Source: an uncultured Pelagibacteraceae bacterium (GTDB lineage Bacteria; Pseudomonadota; Alphaproteobacteria; Pelagibacterales; AG-422-B15). From it: a stretch of DNA of 64,000 nucleotides. The stretch lies in assembly GCA_902518415.1 (NCBI GenBank), contig CABYGA010000002.1, positions 6,705 through 70,704 of the forward strand. Reading direction: 5' to 3'. Under the pieces are notes generated by a model. The model had not been told where the DNA came from, did no database searches, and was given only the letters and a program-made list of their open reading frames with translations. The position numbers were made by a program, and so were the translations under genes. Positions 42,203 to 54,450 of this stretch are shown here, piece after piece (position 1 is the stretch's first letter; each line of letters begins with the position of its first letter).

Positions 42203-42751
42203 ATGCAAAAAGATACTTTATGTTTAGGCTTACTTTCTTTGGGCCCAAGATCAGGTTATGAAATTAAACAAATGTTTGAAGGCCCTTTATCAGATTTTTA
42301 CAGCTTAAGCTTTGGAACTATTTATCCAACTTTAAATAAACTCCAGGATGAAAAATATGTTTCATGTAAGCAATTATCTCAGAGCAAAAAGCCAGATAAA
42401 AAAGTTTATACAATCACTAAAAAAGGAAAGGACTTAATGAAGGATAATTTATTAGGAGATGCCTCAGCCTATATACGTTCAGGCAATTTTGGTGATCAAA
42501 TCAAATCAGAATTCTTTTTACTTTTATTATTTGCAAAATATCTGCCTCAAGAAACTTTAGACACAGTATTAAATGAAAGAGTTTTATTTCTAAGGCAGAA
42601 ACTGGAACAATTTAAATATGACGGTCCAGTTCCATCAGATCTTCAGGCTCTTAGAAATGAAAAATCTGTTGCCTTTATTAGAGGCCTAGCAACCGCCCTA
42701 ATTGAAAGTGGTTTAAATTATATGGAAAAAAATAGAGGAAAGCTGAATTAG
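42203..42751 (+). CDS. PadR-family transcriptional regulator
   Basis: LGLL..GPRSGYEIK, SFGTIYPTL.KL, KPDKKVYTITKKG. Confidence 0.92.
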   Translation: MQKDTLCLGLLSLGPRSGYEIKQMFEGPLSDFYSLSFGTIYPTLNKLQDEKYVSCKQLSQSKKPDKKVYTITKKGKDLMKDNLLGDASAYIRSGNFGDQIKSEFFLLLLFAKYLPQETLDTVLNERVLFLRQKLEQFKYDGPVPSDLQALRNEKSVAFIRGLATALIESGLNYMEKNRGKLN

Positions 42752-42752
42752 T

Positions 42753-43823
42753 ATGTTTAAAAAAATCCCAATCAATATCGTCTCAGCAATTGTAATATTT
42801 ATTCTTGTTTTTGCGTGGATAGTTTCGGGCTTGTTTTCTTCAGACGAAACTAGCTCATCTGAAATAATAGCGAATAGTGAAACAGTTGAGAAGATCACTG
42901 TCAGGGCCAGTGAATTTTCATCCCAAGATAAAACATATTATCTCACAGTACGTGGAAGAACTGAGGCAGATAAAGTTGTTATGATTAAGCCAAAAACGTC
43001 CTCTAATATTTCAATGGTAATAAATCCAGGACAAAACGTGACAGCAGGTGAGCTCATTTGTTTACTCGATAAAGAAAACAGACTAGCTGGATTAAATGAA
43101 GCGAACGCAAACAAAAATAAAGCTCAATTACAATTTGACGCAATCCAAACACTTGCAAATGAGGGTTACAGATCAGAAAATGCTGTAGCCACAGCTGAGG
43201 CTGCTCTGAAATCTGCTATAGCACGAGTTGAGATGGCGCAAAATGAACTTGATAACATTAGAGTTGTTGCTCCATTTGATGGATATGTTGAAGATGTTTT
43301 TGTTGAAGTCGGTGATTTAATTACTCCTGCAACTCCATGTGCAAAAATAATGCAACTTGATCCGATGAAAATAACAGGTGAAGTTACAGAAAAGAATGTT
43401 GCACAATTGTCAATTGATCAAAAAGTAAGTGTCAAGATGTTGAATGGAGAGACTATTGAAGGGAAAATTAACTTCATTAGCAAAAGTGCTAATCCAAGCA
43501 CACGTACATACAAGGTAGAAGCAACAGTACTAAATAAAGACGGAAATATTCTTGAGGGACTTACTGCAGAGATGAGGGTGCCATTGAATAAAGTTAAAGC
43601 CCACCTAATACCATCTTATTTACTATCGCTGAATGATGAAGGTGAATTGGGAATAAAAATAGTTGAAAATGAAATAGTTAAATTTCTTCTTATTCAAATC
43701 ATAGAAGATGGGCTTGATGGCTTATGGGTATCAGGATTGCCGGATGAAGTGACTATTATAACTGTAGGTCAAGAATATGTAATAAACGGCCAAAATGTTA
43801 ACGTTCAATTGAGTGAGATTTAG
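42753..43823 (+). CDS. RND efflux periplasmic adaptor (MFP)
   Basis: N-terminal TM, lipoyl/hairpin segment, VAPFDG, TRTYKVE, GQEYV. Confidence 0.92.
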   Translation: MFKKIPINIVSAIVIFILVFAWIVSGLFSSDETSSSEIIANSETVEKITVRASEFSSQDKTYYLTVRGRTEADKVVMIKPKTSSNISMVINPGQNVTAGELICLLDKENRLAGLNEANANKNKAQLQFDAIQTLANEGYRSENAVATAEAALKSAIARVEMAQNELDNIRVVAPFDGYVEDVFVEVGDLITPATPCAKIMQLDPMKITGEVTEKNVAQLSIDQKVSVKMLNGETIEGKINFISKSANPSTRTYKVEATVLNKDGNILEGLTAEMRVPLNKVKAHLIPSYLLSLNDEGELGIKIVENEIVKFLLIQIIEDGLDGLWVSGLPDEVTIITVGQEYVINGQNVNVQLSEI

Positions 43824-43828
43824 TTTAA

Positions 43829-46800
43829 GTGGTAGATTTCTTAGTTGACAGAAAAAGAACAGCTCTTGCGCTACTATTAGTGCTTATTTTTGCTGGAATT
43901 ATTGGAAGAATGAATATTCCAATTGAGAACCGACCAGAGATTACAATACCAGTAGTTTATGTTGGCGTTGCACTTCCTGGTATATCACCAGAGGATGCTG
44001 AGAGACTGCTACTTAAGCCAATAGAAGATGAGGTAAGAAGTATTGAAGGCATTGATGAACTTCAAGGCTTTGCTCTTGAAAATTTTGCTGCCGTTATTGT
44101 CAAATTTGATGCTGCTGAAACTATGAAGAAATCTCTAGACAAGGTTAGAGATGCTGTTAATGACGCAAAAGTTAAGTTTCCTGACGAAGCGAACGATCCG
44201 ATGGTGAGGGAAGTATCAGTTACTGAAGATCCAACAATCATACTTTCAATCAGCTCAAAGTCAGCCTCAGAGAGATTTATTTTAGATCTTGCGCGTGAAA
44301 TAAAAAAAGATGTTGAGCTTATACCAGCAATTTTTGAAGCAGAAATGGTTGGTGGAAGACAAGAACAACTCGAAGCTGTAATTAATAGAACCCAGCTTGA
44401 GAGTTATAATATATCCTTCATGGAAATAATAAACTCTGTCGCAAATAATAATCAAGTTGTAACAGCGGGCGAGATTAAAACTGCCCAAGGTCAATTTTCG
44501 GTAAATGTTCCAGGTTTATTTGAAACTGCACGAGATGTTTATGAGTTACCAATAAGATCTACAGATAACAGTTCTGTATTATTATCCGATATTTCTGAAT
44601 TAAAGAGAAATTTTAAAGATAGAGAAAACTATACCAAAGTTAATGGAGAAATAGGTGTTTCTCTTCTTATAAAAAAAGCTAGAGGTGAAAATGTTATTGA
44701 GACTATAGACGAAGTTGAGAGGATTGTTGACAAATATAAATCTAAAGTTTCATCAGATGTAAGCTTTAATTATGTAATGGATACTCGAAGTTATATTTCA
44801 GATAACGTCGACTCGCTTCAAGGTAATATTATTTTAGCTACAGTAGTAGTTTTATTAGTCACTATGATTGCCCTTGGAATCAGATCCTCTTTAATAGTTG
44901 GTTCAGGTATTCCAGTTTCAATCTTAATTACAATATTCGTTATGTACGCACTGGGCTACAATTATAACTTCATGGTCATGTTTGGCATATTAGTTGCATT
45001 AGGAATGCTTATTGATGGCTCTCTTGTAGTGGTTGAGTTAGCCGATAGAAAAATGCTTGAAGGATTTAGTAAGCAGGAGGCATATGTCTATTCAGCAAAA
45101 AGAATGTTCTGGCCTATAGTTGCTTCATCTGCAACAACCCTAGCCGTATTTGCCCCACTTTTCTTCTGGCCCGGTGTATCTGGTCAGTTTATGTCCGTAC
45201 TTCCACTCACAATCTTTATTGTCTTGTCTATCGCATTGGTTTTTAGCTTAATGTTTGTTCCGGTAATAGGAAGTGTATTTGGCAAGCCCTCAAATGCATC
45301 AGCTGATGTTTATCGTAGCCTTGGTTCTGATCAAGGAATCAATCTCAAAGAACTAACCGGATATGTAGGAAAATATGTAAATATATTAAGCTACGTCATT
45401 AAAAGACCCATTATTACCCTATCGTTAATATTTTTTGTTATTTTTGGCATCATAGCAACTTACTCAAACTTCGGTAAAGGTATGGTATTTTTTACTTCTA
45501 ATGACCCTTACTTTGGAGTTGTCAAAGTCTACGCAAGAGGAAACTTATCTGTCGAGGAGGTAAATGATCTAGCGCAAGAAGTGGAAGATGCGATGATAAA
45601 TCAGTACGGCATCAAAAGTTATTTTTTACAGACTGGGCAATTTAGTAGTGTTGGGCCAGGAGGAGGTGGATCTACTGAAGATTTAATTGCAACAGCATAC
45701 TTTGAGTTCATTGAAAGAGGTAAAAGAAAAAATGGACATAAAATAATGGACGATTTAAGAAATGAACTTAGTAATATTAGCGGCATTAAGTATGAAGTCA
45801 TTGAAGAAACAGGCGGGCCACCTGTAGGCAAAGATTTAGAAATAAGAATAACTGGACCAACAAGTGATATACTAGTTCCTGTTACTAAGTCACTAAGAGA
45901 CTACATTGATACTCTTGATGAATTAATAAGCGTTGAAGATACTCTACCTATTCCATTAGTAGACTGGGAGCTTACGATCGATAAGCCCAAAGCTGCACAA
46001 TTTGGCGTTGATATTTTTACTATTGGTACGGCAATTAAATTGGTCACTGAAGGAATAATGATCGGCAAGTATAGGCCAAATGACATTGATGAAGAATTAG
46101 AGATCTACGTAAGATACCCCGAAAGTGACAGATCAATTGATCAACTTGACAATGTAATGATTGAATCGTCTGTTGGTAAAGTTCCTATTAGCAATTTCCT
46201 TACAAAGAAGCCAAAGCAAAATGTTAGTTTTATTAGAAGATGGGACGCAAGAAATGCCATGTACATTAAGGCAAATGTAACTGAGGGCACTTCAACAGGT
46301 GAAGTCGTGGAGAAGTTGAGCAATTGGGCAGATGATCAAACATTTCCACCAAATGTTGATATAGCTTATGGAGGCGAAAATGAAGAGCAAAATGACTCCA
46401 TGAAATTTATCGTACAGGCATTTATAATTTCTGTATTAATAATGGCAGCATTACTAGTAACTCAATTCAATAGTTTCTATCAATGCTTTATAATTCTTAC
46501 CGCGGTCATAATAAGTACTGCAGGCGTATATTTAGGACTACTAGTATTTAATCAGGCATTCTCTGCTATATTACACGGTATTGGAATTGTTTCATTGGCA
46601 GGAATAGTTGTTAACAATAATATAATTTTAATTGATGCATACAATTTTGTTAGCAACAAAAATAAGGACGATGTCTATAATAATGTTCTTAAAGCATGCG
46701 CCCAAAGATTGAGGCCTATCTTTCTAACTACAATTACAACTATGCTGGGATTAATTCCTTTAGCATTGAATTATAGCATCGATCCAATTGCAAGAACAAT

Positions 46801-46984
46801 TGAGTATGATTCAAATGTGAGTGGTTTCTGGACATCGCTTGCACAATGCATTGTATACGGTTTGAGTTTTTCAGCAATATTGACATTAATCGTAACACCT
46901 TGCTTACTTATTTTGCCTTCACACGTACGCAATTATGTAAATAATAGTAAACTTTTTTCATTTACCACAAAAAATGCTTCGTAA
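43829..46984 (+). CDS. RND efflux permease (AcrB family), copy 1
   Basis: PGISPEDAERL, GMLIDGSLVVVE, GIVVNNNIILID, RLRPIFLTT; GTG start. Confidence 0.93.
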   Translation: MVDFLVDRKRTALALLLVLIFAGIIGRMNIPIENRPEITIPVVYVGVALPGISPEDAERLLLKPIEDEVRSIEGIDELQGFALENFAAVIVKFDAAETMKKSLDKVRDAVNDAKVKFPDEANDPMVREVSVTEDPTIILSISSKSASERFILDLAREIKKDVELIPAIFEAEMVGGRQEQLEAVINRTQLESYNISFMEIINSVANNNQVVTAGEIKTAQGQFSVNVPGLFETARDVYELPIRSTDNSSVLLSDISELKRNFKDRENYTKVNGEIGVSLLIKKARGENVIETIDEVERIVDKYKSKVSSDVSFNYVMDTRSYISDNVDSLQGNIILATVVVLLVTMIALGIRSSLIVGSGIPVSILITIFVMYALGYNYNFMVMFGILVALGMLIDGSLVVVELADRKMLEGFSKQEAYVYSAKRMFWPIVASSATTLAVFAPLFFWPGVSGQFMSVLPLTIFIVLSIALVFSLMFVPVIGSVFGKPSNASADVYRSLGSDQGINLKELTGYVGKYVNILSYVIKRPIITLSLIFFVIFGIIATYSNFGKGMVFFTSNDPYFGVVKVYARGNLSVEEVNDLAQEVEDAMINQYGIKSYFLQTGQFSSVGPGGGGSTEDLIATAYFEFIERGKRKNGHKIMDDLRNELSNISGIKYEVIEETGGPPVGKDLEIRITGPTSDILVPVTKSLRDYIDTLDELISVEDTLPIPLVDWELTIDKPKAAQFGVDIFTIGTAIKLVTEGIMIGKYRPNDIDEELEIYVRYPESDRSIDQLDNVMIESSVGKVPISNFLTKKPKQNVSFIRRWDARNAMYIKANVTEGTSTGEVVEKLSNWADDQTFPPNVDIAYGGENEEQNDSMKFIVQAFIISVLIMAALLVTQFNSFYQCFIILTAVIISTAGVYLGLLVFNQAFSAILHGIGIVSLAGIVVNNNIILIDAYNFVSNKNKDDVYNNVLKACAQRLRPIFLTTITTMLGLIPLALNYSIDPIARTIEYDSNVSGFWTSLAQCIVYGLSFSAILTLIVTPCLLILPSHVRNYVNNSKLFSFTTKNAS

Positions 46985-49900
46985 TATTTTAGCATCTATT
47001 CTTTTCAGAAAAAAAACAATATCAACAATCTTGTTAATGATTGTTTTACTTGGTGTACTTTCTTATGTGACTTTTCCAAAGGAAGAAATGCCAGAAATTG
47101 ATCTTAAAACAGTAGCATTGATTGTTGAGTACAAAGGAATGTCATCAAGTGAAATAGAAAAACTTATAACTGAACCGCTTGAGAGAAAATTGATGTCTCT
47201 TCAGGATATTGATGAAATAGTATCAATATCAAAAGATAATATCGCCTCTTTCATGATTGCCTTTGAACTAAATACTAAAATTCAAAATTTATCTAAGCTC
47301 ATAAGAAATACAATTACTGACGCATCTGAAGAGCTTCCTGCAGAAATGGAAATTATTGAAGTAAAAGAATATGATTCATCAATGTTTTCAAATATTTATG
47401 TTGGTATTTATGGCGATGTCCCTTACGATATTTTAGAAAAAACTGCAAACGCATATAAAGACCAGCTAGAAAAAATTAATAATGTAACTGAGGTAGATAT
47501 AGTTGGAAAAAGGGAGGAAATTGTCAAAGTTACTCTCGATCCATCCCTTCTTCGCAAATATGAACTTGATATTTCAGATGTTTATGGAGCGCTAAGAAAA
47601 TATAATAATATTGTACCCGCTGGAACACTTGTCAGTGATGATGCTAACTATTCAATTAAAATTCCTGGTCTATATGAAAACTATAGGGAAATAGGTGAAC
47701 TCCCTATTAAAATGGATAAAGGCTTTATATTAAAACTTGATGATATTTCAGAAATTAAGAGAACTTATGACGATAAAAAAAATATTGTAATTGTTAACGG
47801 AAAAACTGCATTAAACATGCAAATATCAAGAAAAGCTGGGACCAATATTATTGATACATATAATTCAGTTAAAAAGGTACTTAGAATTAATGATGGAAAA
47901 TTTCATCCTGATATCAAAACACAAATAATAGACGATGAATCTGAGCAAGTTGAGCAAAGAATTGAATCTTCAGAAAATACAGTCATAACTGCAGTCATTC
48001 TTGTAATGATTATTGTCATAGCGGCGCTAGGCATAAGAAGTGGCACTATTGTGGGACTCTCAATTCCAACTACATACTTATTTTCCATCTTAATTCTGGA
48101 CTCTATGGGACTGACTTATAATTTAATGACTGTTTTTGGGCTCATCTTGTCAGTTGGACTACTAGTAGATGGACCAATTGTGATAACTGAATATGCGCGC
48201 TCAGAACAAGAACGTGGAGTTCGTCGAAGAGATTCATATATTAATTCCTCTCATACTATGTTTTGGCCAATTGTAGCTTCTTCACTAACAACAATTGCAG
48301 CTTTCTTTCCATTATTATTTTGGCCTGACATGCTTGGTCAATGGCTAAGAGTAATTCCATTGACTGTAATTGTTGTGCTATCAACATCATTAGTGGTTTC
48401 ACTTATTTTCCTACCAGCAATGGGATCAATGATAGAGAGAAAAACAGCCCAAATGTCTGATGAGAACAAAAGAAAAGAAGGATATTTTCTCAGAGTCTAT
48501 GAAAGAAGTGTATCAAGAGCAATAAGAAGTCCATTGATAGTTTTGCTTTTAACTATTTTCACATTTCTGTCGGTTATTTTCATCTATAGCCAATATAATA
48601 ATGGTGTTATTTTCTTTCCTAACGATAAAGCAACAAACGCTCGAGTTGAAGTTATGGCGCGAGGAAATTTCTCTCCCACAGAAACAGCCGAATATATAAA
48701 AGAAGTCGTAGAAGTTGTAGAGGCTAACCCTTATATTGGAAACTACGTTGCAAATACAATAAATAGAAACCGGATTTGGCTTTTTGATCAAAGTCCAACT
48801 GATATAGTTGGCAGGCTGTGGATTGATTTAATTCCAGAAGATGAAAGACCTGATAGTGATCTGGTACTACAAGATATACAAGATGAATTAAGTAAGATTA
48901 GTGGATACGAAGCTAGGATTTCAGGGAATACTTATAGTTCAGCAATTGTTGGCCCAAAAGACATCGAGATCGAAATCTCCTCAGCAAATAAATTTGTTTT
49001 AAGACAGGTTGCAGAAATAATAAGAGACAAATTGGCGAACTCAAAAGAAGTAAAAGATATTGAAATAAAATACCCTATAACTGGTGTAGAATGGGAATAT
49101 AAGGTTGATAGAAAACAAACTGGAAAATACAACGTTTCAATTCAACAAATTGGCTCTATTATCAATCTAGCAACAACTGGTGCAAAGATTGGCGCATTAA
49201 GACCAATTAATAAGAATGAAGAAATAGATATTAAATTATTTTTACCAGAGGATATGCGTTCGCTTGATGAGGTTGAAAACTTATTTATACAAACTGACTT
49301 TGGCTCTGTGCCAATTTCGAGATTCATAGAGAGAGAGCCCAATAAAAAAATATTTTCTATTGGCCGGAAAGATTCCTCAAGAATATTGATGGTAGATGCA
49401 AATACTGCTGAAGGGTATAAAACAGCTGATCAAATAAGAAAAATAAAATACTGGTTGACGCAAGCTAATCTTCCAATTGACGTTAAAGTTAACCTTATAG
49501 GAGAAGCAGAAGACTCAAGATCTTCACAAGTATTCATATTATCAGCATTTGCTGCAGCATTGCTGCTTATGTTTATAATTTTGATATCTTTATTCAATAA
49601 TTTCTATCACACATTTTTAGTACTTTTTTCAATTGTACTTTCTACGACAGGGGTATTTGTTGGACTACTCGTATTACAGCTTCCATTCAGCGGCGTAATG
49701 ACTGGGCTTGGAATTGTTGCGTGTACTGGGATAGTTGTTAATAACAATATTATTTTAATAGATAGTTATAGAAAAATTAAAAAGAATGAAAGTGATCGAT
49801 TTGTTGCAATCATTGCCGCTGCTAAAAGTCGGATAAGACCTATTTTTTTAACAACGATAACAACTGTGTTTGGTCTACTTCCCTCAGCATTGCAGATAAG

Positions 49901-50120
49901 CGTTGATGTATTTGACAGAACAATAAGCTATAAAAGTGCAGAAAGCTATTTCGTTGAGCCTTTAGCTTGGGCAATCGTTTTTGGTCTTTCATTTGCCACA
50001 ATTGCAACTTTGTTTGTTACGCCTGCCCTACTAGCTTTGCCTAATAGCTTAAATGTTTTTTTTAGTAGATTTAAGAATTACAGAGGTATACCAAATATTA
50101 AAAGTAATTTAGTAAATTAA
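46974..50120 (+). CDS. RND efflux permease (AcrB family), copy 2
   Basis: GLLVDGPIVITE, MFWPIVASS, GIVVNNNIILID, RIRPIFLTT. Confidence 0.93.
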   Translation: MLRNILASILFRKKTISTILLMIVLLGVLSYVTFPKEEMPEIDLKTVALIVEYKGMSSSEIEKLITEPLERKLMSLQDIDEIVSISKDNIASFMIAFELNTKIQNLSKLIRNTITDASEELPAEMEIIEVKEYDSSMFSNIYVGIYGDVPYDILEKTANAYKDQLEKINNVTEVDIVGKREEIVKVTLDPSLLRKYELDISDVYGALRKYNNIVPAGTLVSDDANYSIKIPGLYENYREIGELPIKMDKGFILKLDDISEIKRTYDDKKNIVIVNGKTALNMQISRKAGTNIIDTYNSVKKVLRINDGKFHPDIKTQIIDDESEQVEQRIESSENTVITAVILVMIIVIAALGIRSGTIVGLSIPTTYLFSILILDSMGLTYNLMTVFGLILSVGLLVDGPIVITEYARSEQERGVRRRDSYINSSHTMFWPIVASSLTTIAAFFPLLFWPDMLGQWLRVIPLTVIVVLSTSLVVSLIFLPAMGSMIERKTAQMSDENKRKEGYFLRVYERSVSRAIRSPLIVLLLTIFTFLSVIFIYSQYNNGVIFFPNDKATNARVEVMARGNFSPTETAEYIKEVVEVVEANPYIGNYVANTINRNRIWLFDQSPTDIVGRLWIDLIPEDERPDSDLVLQDIQDELSKISGYEARISGNTYSSAIVGPKDIEIEISSANKFVLRQVAEIIRDKLANSKEVKDIEIKYPITGVEWEYKVDRKQTGKYNVSIQQIGSIINLATTGAKIGALRPINKNEEIDIKLFLPEDMRSLDEVENLFIQTDFGSVPISRFIEREPNKKIFSIGRKDSSRILMVDANTAEGYKTADQIRKIKYWLTQANLPIDVKVNLIGEAEDSRSSQVFILSAFAAALLLMFIILISLFNNFYHTFLVLFSIVLSTTGVFVGLLVLQLPFSGVMTGLGIVACTGIVVNNNIILIDSYRKIKKNESDRFVAIIAAAKSRIRPIFLTTITTVFGLLPSALQISVDVFDRTISYKSAESYFVEPLAWAIVFGLSFATIATLFVTPALLALPNSLNVFFSRFKNYRGIPNIKSNLVN

Positions 50121-50122
50121 AT

Positions 50123-50671
50123 ATGAAATCAATTGCTGTTTATTGTAGCTCTTCAAATAAAATCAGTAAAACTTTCAATGGTGAAGTCTCTAAAGTTGGC
50201 AAACTCCTAGCTCAAGCAAAATTAAAAATTATATATGGTGGAGGTGATATGGGCCTTATGGGTGAACTATCCAAAAGTGCTACTCAGGCGGGCGGTGAAG
50301 TAAAAGGAATAATAACTGAACACCTCATAAATATTGAACGAAAAAACGTAAGTGAAAATAATGTAAGAATTGTTAATACTATGCATGAAAGAAAGATTGA
50401 AATGTACAATTCTGCCGACTCCTTTCTTATTCTTCCAGGCGGTATCGGTACTCTAGAGGAATTTTTTGAAGTTCTGTCTTGGAAACAGCTAAACCTTCAT
50501 AATAAACCAATTTTTATATATAATTTTGAAAATTTCTGGGACCCTCTTGTTGAATTGATAGAGCATGTGATCAAAAACAATTTTGCTGGTGAAAATATGA
50601 AAGAAGCATATAAGGTAATCAAAAATCATTCAGAATTAGAAAAAGAACTGAGAATCCGTGAAGAAAATTAA
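50123..50671 (+). CDS. LOG-family phosphoribohydrolase (TIGR00730-like)
   Basis: [23 protein letters not shown]. Confidence 0.9.
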   Translation: MKSIAVYCSSSNKISKTFNGEVSKVGKLLAQAKLKIIYGGGDMGLMGELSKSATQAGGEVKGIITEHLINIERKNVSENNVRIVNTMHERKIEMYNSADSFLILPGGIGTLEEFFEVLSWKQLNLHNKPIFIYNFENFWDPLVELIEHVIKNNFAGENMKEAYKVIKNHSELEKELRIREEN

Positions 50672-51887
50672 AGTTAAAACACCGCTAGTCGAGATAGATG
50701 GTGATGAGATGACAAGAATTATTTGGCAGTTTATCAAAGATAAACTCATACTTCCCTATCTTGATATTGAACTTGATTATTACGATCTTGGAGTTGAGAG
50801 CAGAGATAGAACCAATGATAAAATTACAGTCGATTCTGCGAATGCCATCAAGAAATACGGAGTTGGAGTTAAATGCGCTACAATAACTCCTGATGAAGAT
50901 CGGGTAGAAGAATTTAAACTTAAGGAAATGTGGCGCTCACCAAATGGAACTATAAGAAATATACTTGGTGGAACAGTTTTTAGGGAACCGATTGTTTGTA
51001 AAAATGTCCCTAGACTTGTGCCTGGATGGACTGACCCTATTGTCGTAGGTAGGCACGCATTTGGGGATCAATACAAAGCAACGGATTTTAAAGTTCCTGG
51101 CAAAGGAAAACTTAGTATTAAATGGACACCCGAAGATCCGAATATGGAACCGATCGAAAAAGAAGTTTATGAATTTCAATCAAGTGGCGTAGCTATGGCG
51201 ATGTATAATACAGACGAGTCGATCAGAGACTTTGCAAAATCCTGCATGAACTATGCATTGATGCGTGAATGGCCTGTTTATTTATCTACTAAAAATACTA
51301 TTTTGAAAAAATACGATGGTCGTTTCAAAGATCTCTTTCAAGAGGTATATGAAAAAGACTTTGCTGAAAAATTTAAATCACTCGATCTAGATTATGAGCA
51401 TAGATTAATAGATGATATGGTTGCATCTGCGTTGAAATGGAGCGGAAAATTTGTATGGGCATGTAAAAACTACGATGGAGATGTACAATCAGATACTGTT
51501 GCTCAAGGATTTGGCTCACTAGGACTAATGACAAGCGTGCTTATGACGCCAGACGGAAAAACTATCGAAGCAGAAGCTGCTCATGGAACAGTCACAAGAC
51601 ATTTTAGATTGCATCAAGAAGGCAAGCAAACTTCAACGAACCCTATAGCCTCTATATTTGCTTGGTCAAGAGGTCTTAAATATCGTGGAAAGCTGGATGA
51701 GAATGATCAACTTATTGAATTTGCAGATAAGTTGGAAAAAGTATGCGTTGAGACAGTTGAAAGTGGATCAATGACAAAGGATCTAGCTCTGCTTATGCCT
51801 CATGAACAAGATTGGCATAGTACAGAAGATTTTTTAGAAATTATTGAACGTAACCTTAATAATAAACTTACTGTAACTTACCAATAA
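50658..51887 (+). CDS. icd: NADP-dependent isocitrate dehydrogenase (type II homodimer)
   Basis: [43 protein letters not shown]. Confidence 0.96.
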   Translation: MKKIKVKTPLVEIDGDEMTRIIWQFIKDKLILPYLDIELDYYDLGVESRDRTNDKITVDSANAIKKYGVGVKCATITPDEDRVEEFKLKEMWRSPNGTIRNILGGTVFREPIVCKNVPRLVPGWTDPIVVGRHAFGDQYKATDFKVPGKGKLSIKWTPEDPNMEPIEKEVYEFQSSGVAMAMYNTDESIRDFAKSCMNYALMREWPVYLSTKNTILKKYDGRFKDLFQEVYEKDFAEKFKSLDLDYEHRLIDDMVASALKWSGKFVWACKNYDGDVQSDTVAQGFGSLGLMTSVLMTPDGKTIEAEAAHGTVTRHFRLHQEGKQTSTNPIASIFAWSRGLKYRGKLDENDQLIEFADKLEKVCVETVESGSMTKDLALLMPHEQDWHSTEDFLEIIERNLNNKLTVTYQ

Positions 51888-54450
51888 TAAATTTTCTTAG
51901 CTCTCTTTTTTGATCATCTTCATTAATCAACGTGCCTCCTGATTGGGCAAAATCTTTTCTACCTCCACCACCTTTTCCATTTGAAATAGAGGACGCAAAT
52001 TTAGCAATTTCATCTGCACCAATTTTATCAGTCAATTGATCAGTTACGCCTATTAGAAAACTTAGCTTATCACCTTTTTTAGCACAAAGAATTATAACAC
52101 CATTATCTGATATTAGTTTTTTGTACTTATCAATAAGTGGTCTCAGTTCATTAATTAATACATTCTCACAGAATTCAATAATAATATTGTGATCCGAGTT
52201 ATTGCCAATACTTAATTCTATTGCTTCTTTAAGCTGTCTTATATTTTCTGTAGAAGCTTCTTTTTCTTTTTTAATGTCCTGTTTTTTTTCTTCTGATTTA
52301 AGATCTTCTCTCTTCTTTTCTTCGTTAAATTTTAATAGGTCATCGCCTCTCAAAGCTTCAATTCTTCTTACTCCTGATGCAGCTGAGGACTCACTTACAA
52401 TTTTTAATTCTCCTATTTCATTGGTATTAGAAACATGGGTTCCTCCACATAACTCTGTGCTGTAAGTTTTATCATTAAATTTTCCTATCTTGAGAACCCT
52501 AACTTCATCTGAATACTTTTCTCCAAACAGGGCAAGGGCACCAGCCTTTACTGCATCATCCGGTGACATAATTAGTGTTTCTACCTTAGAACCAGTTTTA
52601 ATAACTTCGTTTACTTTATTTTGAACATCTTCGATCTCTAGATTTGTCATTGATTTATGATGGCTAAAATCAAACCTTAATTTATCATTTGAGACTAAGG
52701 ATCCTTTCTGTGTAACGTGCTCCCCTAACCTGTCTCTAAGAGATTGGTGTAAAATATGAGTGGCTGAATGATAAGCTTTACAATCATTTCTTTGTTTTTG
52801 GTTAACTGATAAAACTGCAATAGATCCATTTTTAATTGTTCCTTTAATCATGACTCCTATATGCAGAATTAACTTATCCTTTTTTTGAGTATCCATAACT
52901 GAAAACTCAAAATCTTCTCCCTGTATCACTCCCGTATCTCCAATTTGCCCGCCTGACTCAGCATAAAATACAGTTTGGTTAAGCATAATAATTCCTTCTT
53001 CTTTTTCTTTTAATTCAGCGACTCTTTTACCATCTTTAATAATTGACAAAACTTCACCTTGAGTTTCAAGACCATTGTACCCAAGAAATTCAGTAGCTAA
53101 TAATTCTTTGTTTAATTCAAACCAAATCTTATCAGTCACAGAACCGCCTGCACCTGACCAATTCTTTCTAGCTAATTCTTTTTGCGCTTCAAGTTTTTTA
53201 TTAAAACCATCTATATCTATAGAAATATTATTACTTCTCAATATGTCCTGCGTAAGATCAATGGGAAATCCGTACGTGTCATAAAGTTTAAACGCTGAGT
53301 CTCCTGGAAAAGTATCACCAGATCGTAAATCTTTAGTTATATTATCTAGCTGCGAAATACCTTTATCTAGAAGATTCTTAAATTTTTCCTCTTCATACTT
53401 CAACGTCTCTTTTATTAATATTTCAGCTCTTAATAATTCTGGATATGCTTCCTTCATATTAAGCATTAACGTGGGCACTAATTGGTGCATCAATGTATCA
53501 TTATAATCAAGTAGATGAACATGCCGCATTGCTCTTCTCATTATTCTTCTTAGCACATATCCTCTTCCTTCATTAGAAGGCAATACCCCGTCTGCAATCA
53601 AGAAGCAGGAGGAACGTAAATGATCAGCAATAACTCTATGACTTGAAATTAGCTTATCATCATCAGATTTAGTAAGCTCTATAGAATTACCAATAATCTC
53701 TTTTATACTGTCAACTTGATAATTATCATTAGTTCCTTGCATAACGGCTGCAATTCGCTCAATGCCCATCCCTGTATCAATAGAAGGTTTTGGAAGATCT
53801 ATTCTTTCATTGGAATTCAATTGTTCGAACTGCATAAATACTAAATTCCATATCTCTACAAACCTGTCCCCAGTTTCATCGGCTTCACTAGGAAGTTTTC
53901 CATTAAACTGATCGCCATGATCATAAAATATTTCAGAACAAGGTCCGCAGGGACCAGTTTCACCCATTGACCAAAAATTATCTTTTGTAGATATTCTGAT
54001 TATCCTATCATCACTAAGGCCAGCAACCTTTTTCCAAGATTCATACGCCTGTTCATCATCATAATAGATTGTAACGCATAGTTTATCTTTATTTATAGCA
54101 AGTTCAGATGTGATAAATTTCCAGGCATACTCAATTGCATCTTCTTTAAAATAATCACCAAAAGAAAAGTTGCCCAACATTTCAAAAAAAGTGTGGTGTC
54201 TTAACGTATAGCCAACATTCTCTAAATCATTATGCTTACCTCCAGCCCTGATGCACTTTTGGGCAGTGACTGCTCGCTTGTAGTCTCTACTTTCTAATCC
54301 AGTAAATACATTTTTAAATTGCACCATTCCTGAATTGGCAAACATAAGTGTCGGATCATTCTGTGGAACAAGTGGGCTCGAATGAATATGCTTATGGCTC
54401 TGGTTTTCAAAATATGAAATGAAAGCGTTTCTAAGATCATTAATTCTCAT
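51868..54450 (-). CDS. alaS: Alanine-tRNA ligase
   Basis: [44 protein letters not shown]. Confidence 0.97.
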   Translation of the reverse strand: MRINDLRNAFISYFENQSHKHIHSSPLVPQNDPTLMFANSGMVQFKNVFTGLESRDYKRAVTAQKCIRAGGKHNDLENVGYTLRHHTFFEMLGNFSFGDYFKEDAIEYAWKFITSELAINKDKLCVTIYYDDEQAYESWKKVAGLSDDRIIRISTKDNFWSMGETGPCGPCSEIFYDHGDQFNGKLPSEADETGDRFVEIWNLVFMQFEQLNSNERIDLPKPSIDTGMGIERIAAVMQGTNDNYQVDSIKEIIGNSIELTKSDDDKLISSHRVIADHLRSSCFLIADGVLPSNEGRGYVLRRIMRRAMRHVHLLDYNDTLMHQLVPTLMLNMKEAYPELLRAEILIKETLKYEEEKFKNLLDKGISQLDNITKDLRSGDTFPGDSAFKLYDTYGFPIDLTQDILRSNNISIDIDGFNKKLEAQKELARKNWSGAGGSVTDKIWFELNKELLATEFLGYNGLETQGEVLSIIKDGKRVAELKEKEEGIIMLNQTVFYAESGGQIGDTGVIQGEDFEFSVMDTQKKDKLILHIGVMIKGTIKNGSIAVLSVNQKQRNDCKAYHSATHILHQSLRDRLGEHVTQKGSLVSNDKLRFDFSHHKSMTNLEIEDVQNKVNEVIKTGSKVETLIMSPDDAVKAGALALFGEKYSDEVRVLKIGKFNDKTYSTELCGGTHVSNTNEIGELKIVSESSAASGVRRIEALRGDDLLKFNEEKKREDLKSEEKKQDIKKEKEASTENIRQLKEAIELSIGNNSDHNIIIEFCENVLINELRPLIDKYKKLISDNGVIILCAKKGDKLSFLIGVTDQLTDKIGADEIAKFASSISNGKGGGGRKDFAQSGGTLINEDDQKRELRKFIIGKLQ

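Noticed and set aside
52240..52330. E/K-rich low-complexity stretch in AlaRS
   Set aside because: It corresponds to the variable linker before C-Ala; the frame is intact and it is not a DNA repeat.
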